DNA of 64,000 bases, from NCBI GenBank assembly GCA_965240325.2, contig OZ251224.1, positions 3,348,001-3,412,000 of the forward strand, in the 5' to 3' direction. Of this stretch, positions 32,079 to 44,783 are shown piece by piece (position 1 is the first letter of the stretch; the number at the start of each line of letters is the position of its first letter). The position numbers and the translations under genes are program-made. The stretch comes from Rebecca billardiae RCC1528. Its lineage: Eukaryota > Protista > Haptophyta. The notes under the pieces were generated by a model. It did no database searches and had not been told where the DNA came from. It was given only the letters and a program-made list of their open reading frames with translations.

Positions 32079-34122
32079 GGCGGGCCGTAGGTCCGCCCCT
32101 TGTAGTGCCCGGGAAAAAGATAAGAAAAAGAAAAGGAAAAAAGAAAATCGCCTCGCAAAGAAAAGAAAATCGCCTCGCTCAAGAACTGCCGGGTCGCTTC
32201 GCTCACTACCGGGCGCCCTCGCAGCTCCCACTGGGGACGCTCGGCCGAAAACCATGTCGGCCATGGCGCGGAGCGCGTGGGCGGCGCGCGCCAAATCCAA
32301 CGCCGGCGCGGACATCGCGCGAGGATTCCCGAACGGTGTTTTCGCCCGATTCGCGTTTGCTGCCCTCGTCGTCTCGCGTGCAGGTCGAACGGGGGCCAAA
32401 GTCGACGCGTTTGGAGGCACGCTCGGCGCGTCGACACGATCGTGCGACCTGGGGCGGTCCTCGCCCGACTTGCACGTCGAGCGCTCGCACGAGCCATAGT
32501 ATTAAGCGCTGCGCACGACAACCACCTCGCGCGATCCACCGTCGCGCGTCGAGCTCGGTGCGGAAAGGCCCTCATCACGAGGTGTCTCGCGGGCGGGAAG
32601 CGCCATCGCACGCGACGCAAGATTTGGCGCGGCCTTCTGAACTCGATCGCCGGAATCCGCGCACCGGACTCAGTCATTGCTCGCGGTCCGTCCCTCAGCC
32701 GAGCCCACGTCCGGCCTGCATGGCGCATGGCGTCGACGGTGACCAATGCGACGGAAGCGCAGCGCTAACGCGTACGACGCGCAGCGGACGCACCTCCCGG
32801 GTCTGTCGCCGTGGCAGCAACCGCCTCTTCGCGAGTTGGCGACCCTCGCCGCAGCGCGACACAGACAAGCCCGTGATGCCATCCGCAGAGAGATGAATCG
32901 TCGAGCATGCAACATCGCCGCGTCATCCTCGTCCATGGCGCAGGCGCTGCGGGACGAGGCGGAAGTCGTCACGCCGGTGACTGATGCGCTGCGATTCGTG
33001 TGCCCGCGTGAGCAGCGCTTGCCTACTCTCGATCGCGAGTGGCACACGCTGTCGCTGCGCGCGCGCGCGCGCACGACCGCGTGAACGTCAACGCGCTCGT
33101 GCTCAGCGTGGCGGCCGTGTACGACGTCAACGCGACCTGCGCCGAGCCCATCGTGCCTGGAGCGGACATCGGCAAGCATCCTCGCGACGACCGCTCTCGG
33201 CTGGCGGCAGGAGGACATGCACATGATCTACTCTGGCGGCTTCGGCGGCGGCGAGGCGCTCGATTACGCCATCGCGGTCGACATGCGGCACATACAGCGC
33301 GTACCCGCGCTCGCGCGGAGCAACGGGCTACCCGTCCCGCCCCGCGTGCTGACATTCCCTCGTGGGTGTGGGCGGCCTCGCGTTGCTGGTCCTTGCACTC
33401 GACTGTCCGTCACCCACGGCCACAAGCGAATGTGGAAAGACGCGAACCCGCAGAGGATACATTGCGACAGCACTGGCACGGCCCGCCGACCCCCCCGCCC
33501 GCCAGGGCAGAGTTTATATATTACAGAAACTTATTACGACAGCAGTTTCACCTCTGCCACGGACCTCACCGTCGTGAGGCGTGATACTGACGATATATGT
33601 GGGGTTATTGGTACAATAACTGATTGTCTAAGAGGACGACAAGAACGCCGGGCGCCAGCGCCGCTCATCAGCCACATCGCCCTCCGTACCAGACCATCGC
33701 CTCAAAGGGCGCTGCTCCCGGACGGACAAACAGTCTGTCCGGGTTGTTCTGCCGCCCAGGAGATCGGTTTCCGGCGCCGGCCTCTGCCGCCTGCTTCGCC
33801 AGGCGCGGCGTGCGAGATGGCTCCAGCCAAGCTCGTCCTGCGTCGCCGGCGGCGGCGGCTCGCACGCGGGTGGCGCGTCGCATGCACCGACCAACATCTT
33901 TCGGGCGGTGCTCCCCAACACACCATGAAACGGGATCACTCACGCACCGCGTCTCGTCGACGGCGAGCGGCATGCCCACCGCATCTGCTGCCGCTCGCCA
34001 AGGCATGAGGACACGTAAATCCCACTGAGTAGGAACACACGCAGCCGCCTCAGCATCGACATGCCAGGCGGCGGGCCCACCTTCGGCCAGCAGTTGGCGT
34101 CGGCGTTCACGAGGACGGCTAG

Positions 34123-34124
<2 letters not shown>
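32079..34124 (+). pseudogene. Degenerate ~2-kb insert between TA tracts carrying a frameshifted ORF relic (about 32746-33577)
   Basis: Hairpin GGCGGGCC-GTA-GGTCCGCC directly after a TA run, with a duplicated AAAGAAAATCGCCTCGC. Protein-like segments lie in successive frames (VNVNALVLSVAAVYDV; QEDMHMIYSGGFGGGEALDYAIAVDM; VGVGGLALLVLALD). Confidence 0.4.
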
Positions 34125-34204
<80 letters not shown>

Positions 34205-34250
34205 GTATATATATATGTATATGTATATGTATGTGTGTGTGTGTGTGTGT
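34125..34250. repeat. (TA)n / (TG)n compound microsatellite
   Basis: Read directly from the sequence. Confidence 0.95.
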
Positions 34251-34365
34251 CAATATGATGATCAGTCACGGACTGTTCTGAGCAGTACTAGTTAGTCTCT
34301 TACATCACTCGACTTAGAGCACGTACTTTATTATAATAATAAAGGCTGATGCGGACTTCGCCTGC

Positions 34366-35211
34366 TTAGCCTAGCCAAGGGCCGTAGCCTAGCATAGTGA
34401 TGACTTTACGCGCGTGCTTCTTACGCCTCTTGCTCGGCTGCGTCCCGGCCGCGCTCGCAGCTGCGCCTGCGCTCGCCGCGGATGTTGGTTCCGCTGGCAC
34501 TGCTTCTTGTGCCGAGGTGCTGCCTGCTGCAGCTGCGTGATGCGAGGGCAGACGCGACGCACGAGCAGCGACGAGAGCATTGCTGACCGCCTTTCTCCTC
34601 GATGCGGCGACGTCGGCGGGCAACAGGCCCTCCTGTTCCCACGTGCCCAGCGCCTCGAGGACAGGCCGGGCGTCTGCGGGGCTGGTCACCACGGGCAGCG
34701 TGTTCAGTACGTCCGCGATCTGCCGGTCGAGCTCGTCATCATCAAGTAAGCCCTTGAGGTTCTTGAGCTCTGACAGCTCAATGCCGATCTGCGAGATGCG
34801 CTGATCGGCCTCAGCCGCCATCGGTGCGGAAGGCGCGCCAGCGGCCACGCCGCACGGCAGGCTCGACGTGGGTGACTGGGTGTTCGCGCCCGGCTTGATT
34901 GCTCTTCCGGACTGCTGCGCTTGGTCACTTCTCCTCCAGTCCTGCTGGGGAGCTGCTCCACTGCACACGCCCGGCATGCAACATCATGCCAGATTTGCTC
35001 CAAAAAGGCCCAATAACAATTTTCGTCGGCCTCGCCGGCCCGGCCTTTGAAAGACTCAGCGGGGGGCTCTGCCCCCCTGCGCCCCGCCCGCGCCTGCGCG
35101 GCGGGCGGACCTAAGAAACTGAGGCTCCGTAGGCGCTCGGGCTACCGAACAGCTAAGAAACCGAGGCTAGCCGGCAGATCTCTGATTTCTTATTGCCCGC
35201 GATTGCCTGTA
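34366..35211 (-). mobile_element. Truncated larger member of the 14.4-kb MITE family: intact terminus plus the 5' part of an internal ORF
   Basis: Terminus TTTCTTATTGCCCGCGATTGCCTG|TA at 35186-35211. ORF 34977 (or 34821) to 34366 is helical and has an NLS-like PSKRRKK. No opposite TIR was found. Confidence 0.6.
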
Positions 35212-35521
35212 GTATAGCACTTAGCAGGTCACGTCGTCCGTGTTATAATCACGTCGTACTCGTAGTTTGAGTACCGTAGTACGAGTCTCGGTTATACAAA
35301 GCCTACTGTACCGTCATTAAGATTTGATGAAGGTCGCGTCGTCCTACTCAGTACTACGTGTATGTCAGTACTGTACTAGGCGGTACGGACTACGGTAAGC
35401 TAGCGGTACCATCGCGTCCCGCGGGACTGACTGACCAGTGACCGCCTTAGGACGGTTTCTGATGACGACGGCCTGCGGTGCTGCGGCTCGCCTGCGGAGT
35501 AGACGAGGACGCATCGGAATC

Positions 35522-37429
35522 TCACAGAAGCTGCCGCATCGTGGCGGTCGCGTCCACCACGGCGCGAGCAGCGCCAGGCGGCGGCGCGGGCTCTTGCTGC
35601 CCTTGCAGCGTCGCAGGTAAAGCAGCTGCGGACCGCGCTGCGCCGCGCGTGCGCGCCTGTCCGTCAGGCGTGCCCCCCTCCGACACGGGTGGCGCGATGG
35701 CATTCGCAGCCCGCCAGCGGAGGGCGCGCGCACCGGCGACGGCGATCGCACCTAGCGCGGCTGCCCCCGCTAGCACCGCCGCGGGCAGGCCGACTCGTCC
35801 CGCCCTGCGCGGCCGGGGCGCGGCCGCCGCCGACCGCGGCAATGCCGCGCGCACCTTTGACGACTGCGCCGGCTGCGCATACACGTGCACCTCCTGGCTG
35901 TCGCCGCGGCCACTGCGCTCGTCGCACCAGCGCGTGAGCGGCTGCACGGTCGAGTCGATCGTGTAGCACACGCACTCGTGCCCCTCGTGCTTCCCCGAGC
36001 CGGCCACCGCGAAGTAGCTGAAGGCCGCGCACCGCTCGGAGCACGCCGCCACGGCCTCGCGTGAGCGGTGCCGCCGGCTGCCGCCCAGCTCGCCGAGGTT
36101 GACGACGGACATGGAGTCGACGCGCGCGGAGCGCAGCCGGAGGGAGAGCTGCGTCGTCGACTTCACGCAGCCGATGTGCTCCACCTCGTCCGACGCGGGC
36201 TTGGGCCGCGCCCCCTCCTGCTGCTGCCCGCCGCCGCACGCGCAGCAGTGGTGCTCCGGCGAGTTGTGCACGGGCCCGTCCATGCGCAGCGCTCGGCCGT
36301 CGCGGCACCAGCCGAGGTGCTCGTAGTCCGCGCAGCCGAGGCCCGAGGGGGAGGACCACGGGCTGTCGCTCGCGCCATCCGCGCTCACGGCCTCTTTCTC
36401 CGCCAGCGCCGCCGCCACCGCCGCCGCCCTGCGCAGCGCCGTGGAGGAGGCCCCCTCGGCAACGGCGCGCAGCGCGCTTGTCTCGTGCTGCTCGCGTGCT
36501 AGCGGCAGGTCGTGGCACTGCGCGACGGGGGCGGCGCCGCCCGCGCCCGCGGGCGGATCGCCCGACCAGAACGGCGGCGCGTACGTCACGTACATGTTGT
36601 ACCGCGGGTCCGCCACCGCCCAGTTCACGTCGCCCTCCGTGCAGCCGTAACAGTAGCGCAGCTGCGCAGACCAAGCAAACTTAATGTACACGTCGCCGCC
36701 GTGCCGGCTGCGCAGGGTGGCGACGAGGCCGGCGCAGTCCTGCGGGCTCGGGCTGAGCATGGAGACGGGCCAGTGCCGGTCGCCGCAGAACATGCCGTCG
36801 CGCGCACCCGGCTGCAGCGTCGAGGCGGAGACGAGCGGCGGTGCAGGCGGGGGCGGAGGCGGTCTCGGCGAGAAGTGAATGAAGTGGTGAGGCGGGGGCG
36901 GCGTGGGCGGTGTAGGCGACGGCGACGGCGGCGAGTGTGGCGGGGGTGGCGCGAAGTGCCCTCTCACGGCCGGGGTAAGCAGCCCGCCCGTCAGCGGCTG
37001 ACTGACGAGGAGGGGTGGGGGAGGATGGTGCACGACTGGGCCCGCCGGCGGAGGCGACGGTGACGGTGACGGCGGCGGCGGCGGCGGCGAGGTCGGGGGG
37101 GGGCTCAGCGAGGATGCTGACGTGGGAGGTGGGGAAAGGGTCGGTTCGTGCCCGCCGATGATGTGCAGACCCGCCCACTTTGACGGGCGCGCCGCCACTG
37201 GCGATGGCGGCGGCTGCGGTCCGTTTGAATCGTGGCCGTGGCTGCCGCCAAAGAAAATGTCCAATGGCGAGAAGGACTCGAGCCGCTCGCGCTCGGATGA
37301 GCGCTCACGCGTGGCGACGCAGACGCACACGACGAGGGCGACGCCCAGCCCCACGGCCGCAGCAAGCGCCTTCCGTCGTCGCATCGGCGGTGGCTCCCCT
37401 TGTCGACGAGGCCGTCCGCGCTGGGACAT
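35522..37429 (-). CDS. Proline-rich membrane-anchored surface protein with a CCACGGG cysteine module and a WSC-like domain
   Basis: N-terminal TM, poly-Pro/SP tracts, WSSPSGLGCADY..GWC...HCCACGGG, EHIGCV...CSERC..FSYFAV....ECVC and a C-terminal TM. ATG at 37429. Confidence 0.7.
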   Translation of the reverse strand: MSQRGRPRRQGEPPPMRRRKALAAAVGLGVALVVCVCVATRERSSERERLESFSPLDIFFGGSHGHDSNGPQPPPSPVAARPSKWAGLHIIGGHEPTLSPPPTSASSLSPPPTSPPPPPPSPSPSPPPAGPVVHHPPPPLLVSQPLTGGLLTPAVRGHFAPPPPHSPPSPSPTPPTPPPPHHFIHFSPRPPPPPPAPPLVSASTLQPGARDGMFCGDRHWPVSMLSPSPQDCAGLVATLRSRHGGDVYIKFAWSAQLRYCYGCTEGDVNWAVADPRYNMYVTYAPPFWSGDPPAGAGGAAPVAQCHDLPLAREQHETSALRAVAEGASSTALRRAAAVAAALAEKEAVSADGASDSPWSSPSGLGCADYEHLGWCRDGRALRMDGPVHNSPEHHCCACGGGQQQEGARPKPASDEVEHIGCVKSTTQLSLRLRSARVDSMSVVNLGELGGSRRHRSREAVAACSERCAAFSYFAVAGSGKHEGHECVCYTIDSTVQPLTRWCDERSGRGDSQEVHVYAQPAQSSKVRAALPRSAAAAPRPRRAGRVGLPAAVLAGAAALGAIAVAGARALRWRAANAIAPPVSEGGTPDGQARTRGAARSAAALPATLQGQQEPAPPPGAARAVVDATATMRQLL

Positions 37430-37614
37430 TTTGCGGCGGATCGCGATCAATATGCCGATACCAGCTGATGCGCACGCGCGCGCCTGGCTTGCACGCGATT
37501 GGCGAAGGCTGCTGCCGGTTAGCCGTGCCGAATCTTCCAAAGCTAAGTTTTCGACCGTTTCGCGCCTGCTTCTCAGGGACCAAGGCTGCAGGCTACTCTA
37601 GATGTACAACAAGC

Positions 37615-38595
37615 ATGGCGACCACCTGCCCGCGAAAACACGACCGGGATATGCGCCGACGCGGGATAGGCCGTGCGCATGCCATCAGCACGGCGCTGCA
37701 GCTATCCATCGCACTGGGTCACGCGGCTAATATGTCCAGCCCCGGCTTCGAGCGCGCACGGCGCCTTGTTGGGGACCGTGCATGCGCAGAAGCCCTATCG
37801 GCGATGCGCCGTGATGCGCCGTGGGACAACGGCACGGCTTACCGTCCATGGACACGATATGTGTACGCGGAGAGGCTGGGACTGGTGTACGTCCTCAACC
37901 CTAAGGCTGCATCGACCACTATCGTCGACCTCATGAGCCACGCCACTGGCCCAAACAGGACACGTGAGGGCCGTGTGAACTTGGCATGCAGCACGAGCGA
38001 TACATATCCCCCGCCGCCCGCGGGCGTGTACTTCACCTTCGTGCGCGAGCCGTACGCAGGCTTCCTCAGCGCCTACCGCGAGATTACGTTTCGGTGGGCC
38101 ATGTCGAGGTGGCTTCCTGATCTCCATCTCTCGCCGAACACCACGAGCGGGCCGCGTGCATCCGAGACTGGGCGCATCGGCTGTCGGACGGCGGCTCAGT
38201 CTGCGCGCAGGCTGGCCGCCTTTGTGCGCGACCTCGAGGGCTTCAAGGACCTCGGGAGTCAGGTGTACCACGCGTGGCCGCAGATGATCAAAACACTAGT
38301 CCGCACGCCGCTCGGCCGCTCCACGCCGCCGCTCGACTTCGTGGGCCGTGTCGAGCACTTTGTGGACGACATGCTCGAGCTGCTGGCAAGCGTGGGCGTC
38401 ACCAACGTGACGCGCGAGGTGATGGAGGAGTTTCGGAGAAACTCGAAGGAGGTCCATCGGGGCAGGTGCGTTCAAAAGGACCTGGAGGCCACATTGCACG
38501 TGCCTGCTCCCACGCGAGCCGCGATCGAGTCCTACCTGCACGCGGACCGAGTGTGCTTGGCGCCAGTCGGACCATACCCGCGCCCGCCTGCTTAA
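37615..38595 (+). CDS. Carbohydrate sulfotransferase (Sulfotransfer_2 family)
   Basis: YVLNPKAASTT, FTFVREPYAGFLSAY, HAWPQ and DFVGRVE. Confidence 0.85.
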   Translation: MATTCPRKHDRDMRRRGIGRAHAISTALQLSIALGHAANMSSPGFERARRLVGDRACAEALSAMRRDAPWDNGTAYRPWTRYVYAERLGLVYVLNPKAASTTIVDLMSHATGPNRTREGRVNLACSTSDTYPPPPAGVYFTFVREPYAGFLSAYREITFRWAMSRWLPDLHLSPNTTSGPRASETGRIGCRTAAQSARRLAAFVRDLEGFKDLGSQVYHAWPQMIKTLVRTPLGRSTPPLDFVGRVEHFVDDMLELLASVGVTNVTREVMEEFRRNSKEVHRGRCVQKDLEATLHVPAPTRAAIESYLHADRVCLAPVGPYPRPPA

Positions 38596-39860
38596 CAGTG
38601 TGAGACTGAGAGTGAACGTCGCAGTCTTCATTGTCCCGTGTCCGCCGAATCGTCCGGACACCGGCGCCGCGGACGACGCCCCGTCGCTCCGGCCCCGACC
38701 GCCGCGCGGGGCCCGGGCCCGGCCGCGCGGCGGACAGCCGGGCCGGCAGTAACCTGCGGATTCAGTAAATGGGCTCAGATGGCCACATCACTCATCAGTC
38801 AGCACGGGCCCGGACCACGCGGGACACGAGTCACGACGGACTCAAATCTGAGCATGCAGTCTCGATCTGCGCTGACGACTCGATCTACGGAGTACTACGG
38901 TACGAGTACTACTGCTACTGACTGACTTAGAAGTACTGAGACTCGGAGTGGCCAGTATACCTGTATAGTACCTGTTCACGGCGCCCTGGTGGCGGCTGGT
39001 TCAGCGGCGGCGGACTCATTAGTCATTTACTCCCGCGGACTTACGCGGAATTAACTGCCCGCTCGCCGTCAGCAGTGCCCGTGACTCGTGACACTCGTGA
39101 GGCGTGACGTCTGGTGTGACGACGACTAGTGACGTTGTCGTCCGCGCGTGCCGCCGTGCGGACTCGATCCTGCGACATCACATCACTCGCAGTCCTGTCG
39201 GAGACTCTCCGTAACTGACTAGTTATTCAACACTGCTGGCCAGAACCGTCAGAAGGCACGGATGAAGCCCGAAGCCCACGGTCGTCGTTGAACCGTCGTT
39301 TCAGACGACTCGTTGTAGTACTGCATGCATAGTAGTTAGTCCGGCGTCGGCATCCGAGTCCGAGCCGTGCCACCGAGCTAACTGACACTCCGCGACACTC
39401 GGAGACAGACTCTCAGACAGACGCGGAGTACACTCCCGGACGGACCAGTGCCGTCGGACTCGGCGGACTGCGCGCGTACTTACGCCGAAATTGCCAGCGT
39501 CTGAGCGTGGCCGTGAGCGTCACGGCCACGCTGACGCCGTGAGCGGCTGACGCTCACAGGCACAGCGACACAGGGCCAGGCCGTGCCCCGTGGGTTACTA
39601 CAAACAAATGATCGATGAAGCCGAGCCTCGTGAGTAACTACCGGGGCGTGCATCGCGCCCAGGCGCCGCCCAGCCTCAGGCACCCCGCGCGGCCTGGATC
39701 GGGAGGCCTCCGGGCGCGAGCAAAACACGGCCGCAGGCCTCCACGGAGAGTCGTAAGGTGCCACGCCGCGCCTCGTGGCTCGTGGAATCGGGAGGCCGGC
39801 TCTACAGCAGCTCAAAGTTGGGGACGCGACGAAGTACACGGCCGTTCGGCAGCTGTGCCG

Positions 39861-41389
39861 TCAGCGCATGAACTTGACGCCGGCCGCATCGAGGCGAGTG
39901 GGCTTCAGCGTCGAGGGCTTCAATCCCAGGCTCTTGTCCGTGGGCAAGCCCAAACGCTTCGTCATGCGGTTGATCACGATCAGCGTGCGCACCACGCTCC
40001 GCAGCTTGCGCGCCGCGTTGTACCGCTTGAATTTCCTGCAGGCGCGCGCGCGCGCAAGGAAGACAACAACGGTGCGATGGCGGTGCCGAGGCGCGTGCCG
40101 CGCGGGATGTGAGCACATCGGCGACGGCTGCGGCGCGGAGTGCGCCCGCCCGCGCGCGGGCGCGCGGCGCGCGCGGCGCACTTGGCGGCCCTAAGCAGGT
40201 GGTCGTCGCGCACGTCGACCGCCGTCATCCACGGGTGCGAGAGCAGCTTCTTGGCCGTCCATCGCTTATTCGGGTCGACGACGAGCATTTTGAGCACAAA
40301 GTCGCGCGCCTCGCGGCTGACCGCGGACCAGTCCTCCGGCTCGAAGACGGGCGGCTGGCCGGTGACAATCCGGTACTCGTCGTGGAACGTCGCGTTCGGC
40401 AGCAGGTCGAAGGGCGGGTAGCCGCACAGCAGGATGTACGTGATCACGCCGAACGACCACACGTCCGACTGTGTGCCGTAGCCGCGCGGGTTGAGCTTCT
40501 CGCCGGCGAGCACCTCGGGCGCGGTGTACCCGGGCGTGCCGCACTGGCGGTGGAGCATCTCGCCCTCGGCGAGGATCTGCGCGAGCCCCCAGTCCGTGAT
40601 CTTGACGTTCAGGTCGTTCTCGGTGTCGACGAGCAGCAGGTTCTCCGGCTTGAGGTCGAGGTGCACGACCGAGCGCGAGTGGTAGTAGACCATCGTCTCG
40701 AGCAGCACCTTGCACACCTCGCGCGCCATCCGCTCGGAGTACTTCTTGCGGTGCACGATGCGGTCGAAGAGCTCGCCGCCCGCGCACAGCTCCTCGCACA
40801 GCACCAGCGTGCGCTCGTCCTCGAACACGTTCCACAGCGCCACCACGTGCGGGTGCTTGAGCATCCGCATGATCGCAATCTCGTTGAGCAGGTTCTTCGC
40901 CTCCGTGCGCGAGAGCTTGGTCTTGTCGACGACCTTCGAGGCGATGGGCAGCCCCGAGTGCTTGTGCTTCGCAAGGTACACCTTCGCGAAGTGCCCCGTG
41001 CCGATCGGCACCGAGTCCTGCTTGAACTCGTCCTCGTACTGCCGGAGCGGCTTTGTCTCGCGCGTGCCGATTGCGCGCTGGCACACCTGGATGATCAGCC
41101 GCGAGTCGTCGTGGGTGGCGAACTGGAGGGTGAGGCTCTTCGGCTTATCCTCGGCGACGTCGCGGCACAAGATCTGTAGCGTCGCCTTGCTCGCTTTCAT
41201 CTGCATCAGCTGCGAGATCGTGTCGTATGCCTTGGACACCTCCTCGGGCGCGCCCTTTGGCTTGCGCAGGATGATGTGCAGCCTCGAGTCGTCGACCGAG
41301 ATCATGCGCGTCTGCATCTGGCCGAAACGGTTCTTCTTGTGCCCAGGCACCTCTCTCGGGCCCGGGGTCACAGGCTTGTTGCCCGCCAT
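39861..41389 (-). CDS. Calcium/calmodulin-dependent protein kinase; exons 41389-40182 and 40035-39861
   Basis: IGTGHFAKV, GGELFDRI, HLDLKPEN, DWG, CGTPGYTAPE and GYPPF. Splicing yields a CaM-binding-like tail KKFKRYNAARKLRSVVRTLI. Confidence 0.92.
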
Positions 41390-41725
41390 CTCGGCGACCG
41401 GCTCGGGTGTGAGCCGGGGGTGCCAAAAATGGGCTGCGGCTGTGGTCAAAGCACCCACCTTGGCGAATCGATCGCGACCCCGAGACAAAAGTCCAGCGGA
41501 GCCGGACCCGCCCTGTGAGCATACGGCGGCGCCTGTTTTCTACCCGCATTGTCTGATCCAGTCCGGGCCGGGGAGCGGGGAGGTGCTTGTCCGGGGCGGC
41601 AGGCAGGCAGCCATGCTGGTCAACCCTTCTTGCCCGCTGAGTGCGCTGGCAGGGCGGATCATCGCGAAGCAGCGCTTCGAGTCTTCTCCGTGCGGGCGCG
41701 GACGGCGAGCGCGCGGCAGTGCGGG

Positions 41726-43180
41726 ATGCTGCTCGTGCACGCGCGCCTGCCGCGCGCGCGCGGCGCGAGCGGATGGAGAGGAGGCACCGCACGCCTGTCG
41801 CTCCTGGCCACCGCCCCCCGTCGCGGGCCCAACGTGCTGCACGCGCAGGCGGTGGGCGGTCGCGCGCAGTCTGTCGTGGTGCTCTCGCCGCCGGTGCGAC
41901 TGCTCTCGCGGCCCGGGCCGTCGGGCTTCGGCGAGTTTTGGAAGCACCTCCGACCGAAGGAGGCGGCCAAGCCCGCATCCACCCCTGGCGCCTCGGCAGA
42001 GGGCTCATCCGCCGCCAGGCCCGCTGCGCCAGGCGGCGCAGCCTCGACGCCGCAGCAGCCACCTGCGGGCGGCGCGCCGGCTGAGGGTGCTCCTCAGAGC
42101 GGCGCTGGCGGGGCCGGCGGCGCGGGCAGCGCGCCCTCAGGCGCGCCACCCACCGGCTCGGCGGCGGGCAGCGGTGCCGGCGGCGGCACTGCTGCGGGCG
42201 GCGCCGCGCGCGACAGCTCAAGCGGCGGCGGCAAGACAGCAGCCGGCGGCGGCGGCGGCGGCGGCGGCAGCGGCAAGTCGACGCCGCCACCATCCGAGCC
42301 GCCGCCCATGTCGAACCAGAACATGGTGATGGCCATCGCGCTCCTCGTCGTGCTCAACTCGCTCGGCCGCTCCGGCCCCGAGTCGAAGGAGATCACGTAC
42401 CAGGACTTTGACGCGCAGTTCCTACAGGCGGGCCTGGTCGACCATCTGGTGATTGTGAACAAGGCGAAGGTGAAGGTGTTCCTGCGCGCGGACGCGGAGG
42501 CGGAGGCGTCGCGCGCGAGCTTCGGCGGCGGCGCGCCGCCGCCGCCCACCTACGCCGGCTCCGGCGCCTCGCAGCCCCGCTTCGTCTTCTCGATCGGCTC
42601 GGTGCAGGCGCTCGAGCGGAAGCTGGAGGAGGGGCAGGCGGAGCTCGGCATCGACCCGGTCGACTTCGTGCCGGTGCTGTACGAGACGGAGTCGAGCTGG
42701 ATGAGCGAGCTGCTCAAGATGGGCCCGTCGCTCGCGATCATCGCGCTCTGGCTGCTGCTCATGCGCGGCTCGGGCGGGCTCGGCGCGGGCGGCGGCGCGG
42801 GCGGCGGCGGCGGGATCGGCGGCGCGGCGCGCAACATCTTCCAGGTGGGGAAGGCCAAGCCTCATGTGATCAAGGCGGACAAGAAGCCCGACGTGACGTT
42901 CAAGGACGTGGCGGGGTGCGACGAGGCGAAGCTCGAGATCTCCGAGTTCGTCAAGTTCCTCAAGGACACGGACAAGTTCGTCAAGCTCGGCGCCAAGGTG
43001 CCCAAGGGCGCGCTCCTCGTCGGGCCGCCCGGCACGGGCAAGACCATGCTCGCCAAGGCGACGGCGGGCGAGGCGTCGGTGCCCTTCCTCTCGATCTCCG
43101 GCTCGGACTTCATCGAGATGTTCGTCGGCGTCGGGCCGTCGCGCGTGCGCGATCTGTTCGCGCAGGCGCGCTCGATGGCG

Positions 43181-43218
<38 letters not shown>

Positions 43219-44458
43219 CCGCAAGCGCGGCAAGGGCGGGTTTGCGGGCGGCAACGACGAGCGCGAGAACACGCTCAACCAGCTACTGGTCGAGATGGAC
43301 GGCTTCAACACGACCTCGGGCATCATCATCCTCGCGGCGACGAACCGCGCGGACATCCTGGACGACGCGCTGATGCGGCCGGGCCGCTTCGACCGGCAGG
43401 TGCTCATCGACCTGCCCGACATCAAGGGCCGGAAGGACATCTTCAACTCGCACCTCGGCAAGATCAAGCTGTCGGAGGATGCCGAGATGGTGGCCAAGAC
43501 GATGGCGTCGCTCACGCCCGGCTTCTCGGGCGCCGACATCGCGAACGTGTGCAACGAGGCGGCGCTGCACGCCGCGCGGGTGAAGGCGGAGGGCGTCGAC
43601 CTCTCCCACTTCCACTCCGCCGTCGACCGCGTCATCGGCGGCCTCGAGAAGAAGTCGAAGATCCTCTCGGAAGAGGAGCGCACGACAGTCGCGCACCACG
43701 AGGCGGGGCATGCGACGGTCGGCTGGTTCCTCGAGCACGCGTCGCCGCTGCTCAAGGTGTCGATCGTGCCGCGCGGCACGGCGGCGCTGGGGTACGCGCA
43801 GTACGTGCCGAAGGAGCAGAAGCTCTCGACCAAGGCCGAGATGCTCGACACCATGTGCATGATGCTCGGCGGCCGGTGCGTCGCGCCGCTGGGGCTCGCG
43901 CGTTCCGACGACGACGCCGCGCGCGCTGCGCGCGTGGTGCGCGCGCGCGCGCTCACTCACTCACGCCGGCCGCTTCGCGCCCTGCCGCCTCGCCGCACGC
44001 CGCGCAGCATCGCGGAGCGCATCTTCTTCGACCGCATCACCACGGGGGCGCAGGACGACCTGCAGAAGGTCACCCGCCTCGCGTACTCGCTCGTGACGAC
44101 GTACGGGATGAACGACAAGATTGGCCACCTCTCCTACCCGGCGAGCCGCTCGGGCGAGATCACCGCCAACCGGCCGTACTCGGAAGAGACGGCGGAGATG
44201 ATCGACGAGGAGGTGCGCAGCCTGATCCAGCAGGCGTACGACCGCACCACCAAGCTGCTCACCGAGAAGAAGGACCTCGCGAAGAAGCTCGCCGAGAGGC
44301 TTCTCGAGAAGGAGGTGATCGTCAAGGACGACGTGATGGAGGTGCTCGGCCCGAGGCCGTTCAAGGAGCTGCGCACGTACGAGGAGCAGACGACCGGCGT
44401 GGTGGGCGCGGAGGCGGTGCAGGCGAGCAGGCCGACGCCGAGCCCGCCGGCGCAATGA
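41726..44458 (+). CDS. Mitochondrial m-AAA FtsH metalloprotease (AFG3L2/paraplegin-like); intron 43876-44007
   Basis: [45 protein letters not shown] and TTGAQDDL. The 132-nt GTGCGT...GCAG insert interrupts LGGR|IAE. Confidence 0.95.
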
Positions 44459-44621
44459 CTCGAATGACACCGGAGGCCGTGCCGCCACCGACGCAGCCTA
44501 TGGCTAGGGGAGCACGGCCTACCGCAGTACCGACAGGCTCCAGTGGCGGCCTCATAGTCATAGTCATAATGATAATCGCTTATAGTTATTTAAAAGTATT
44601 CATATCATCGCAGTCAGCAGT

Positions 44622-44783
<162 letters not shown>

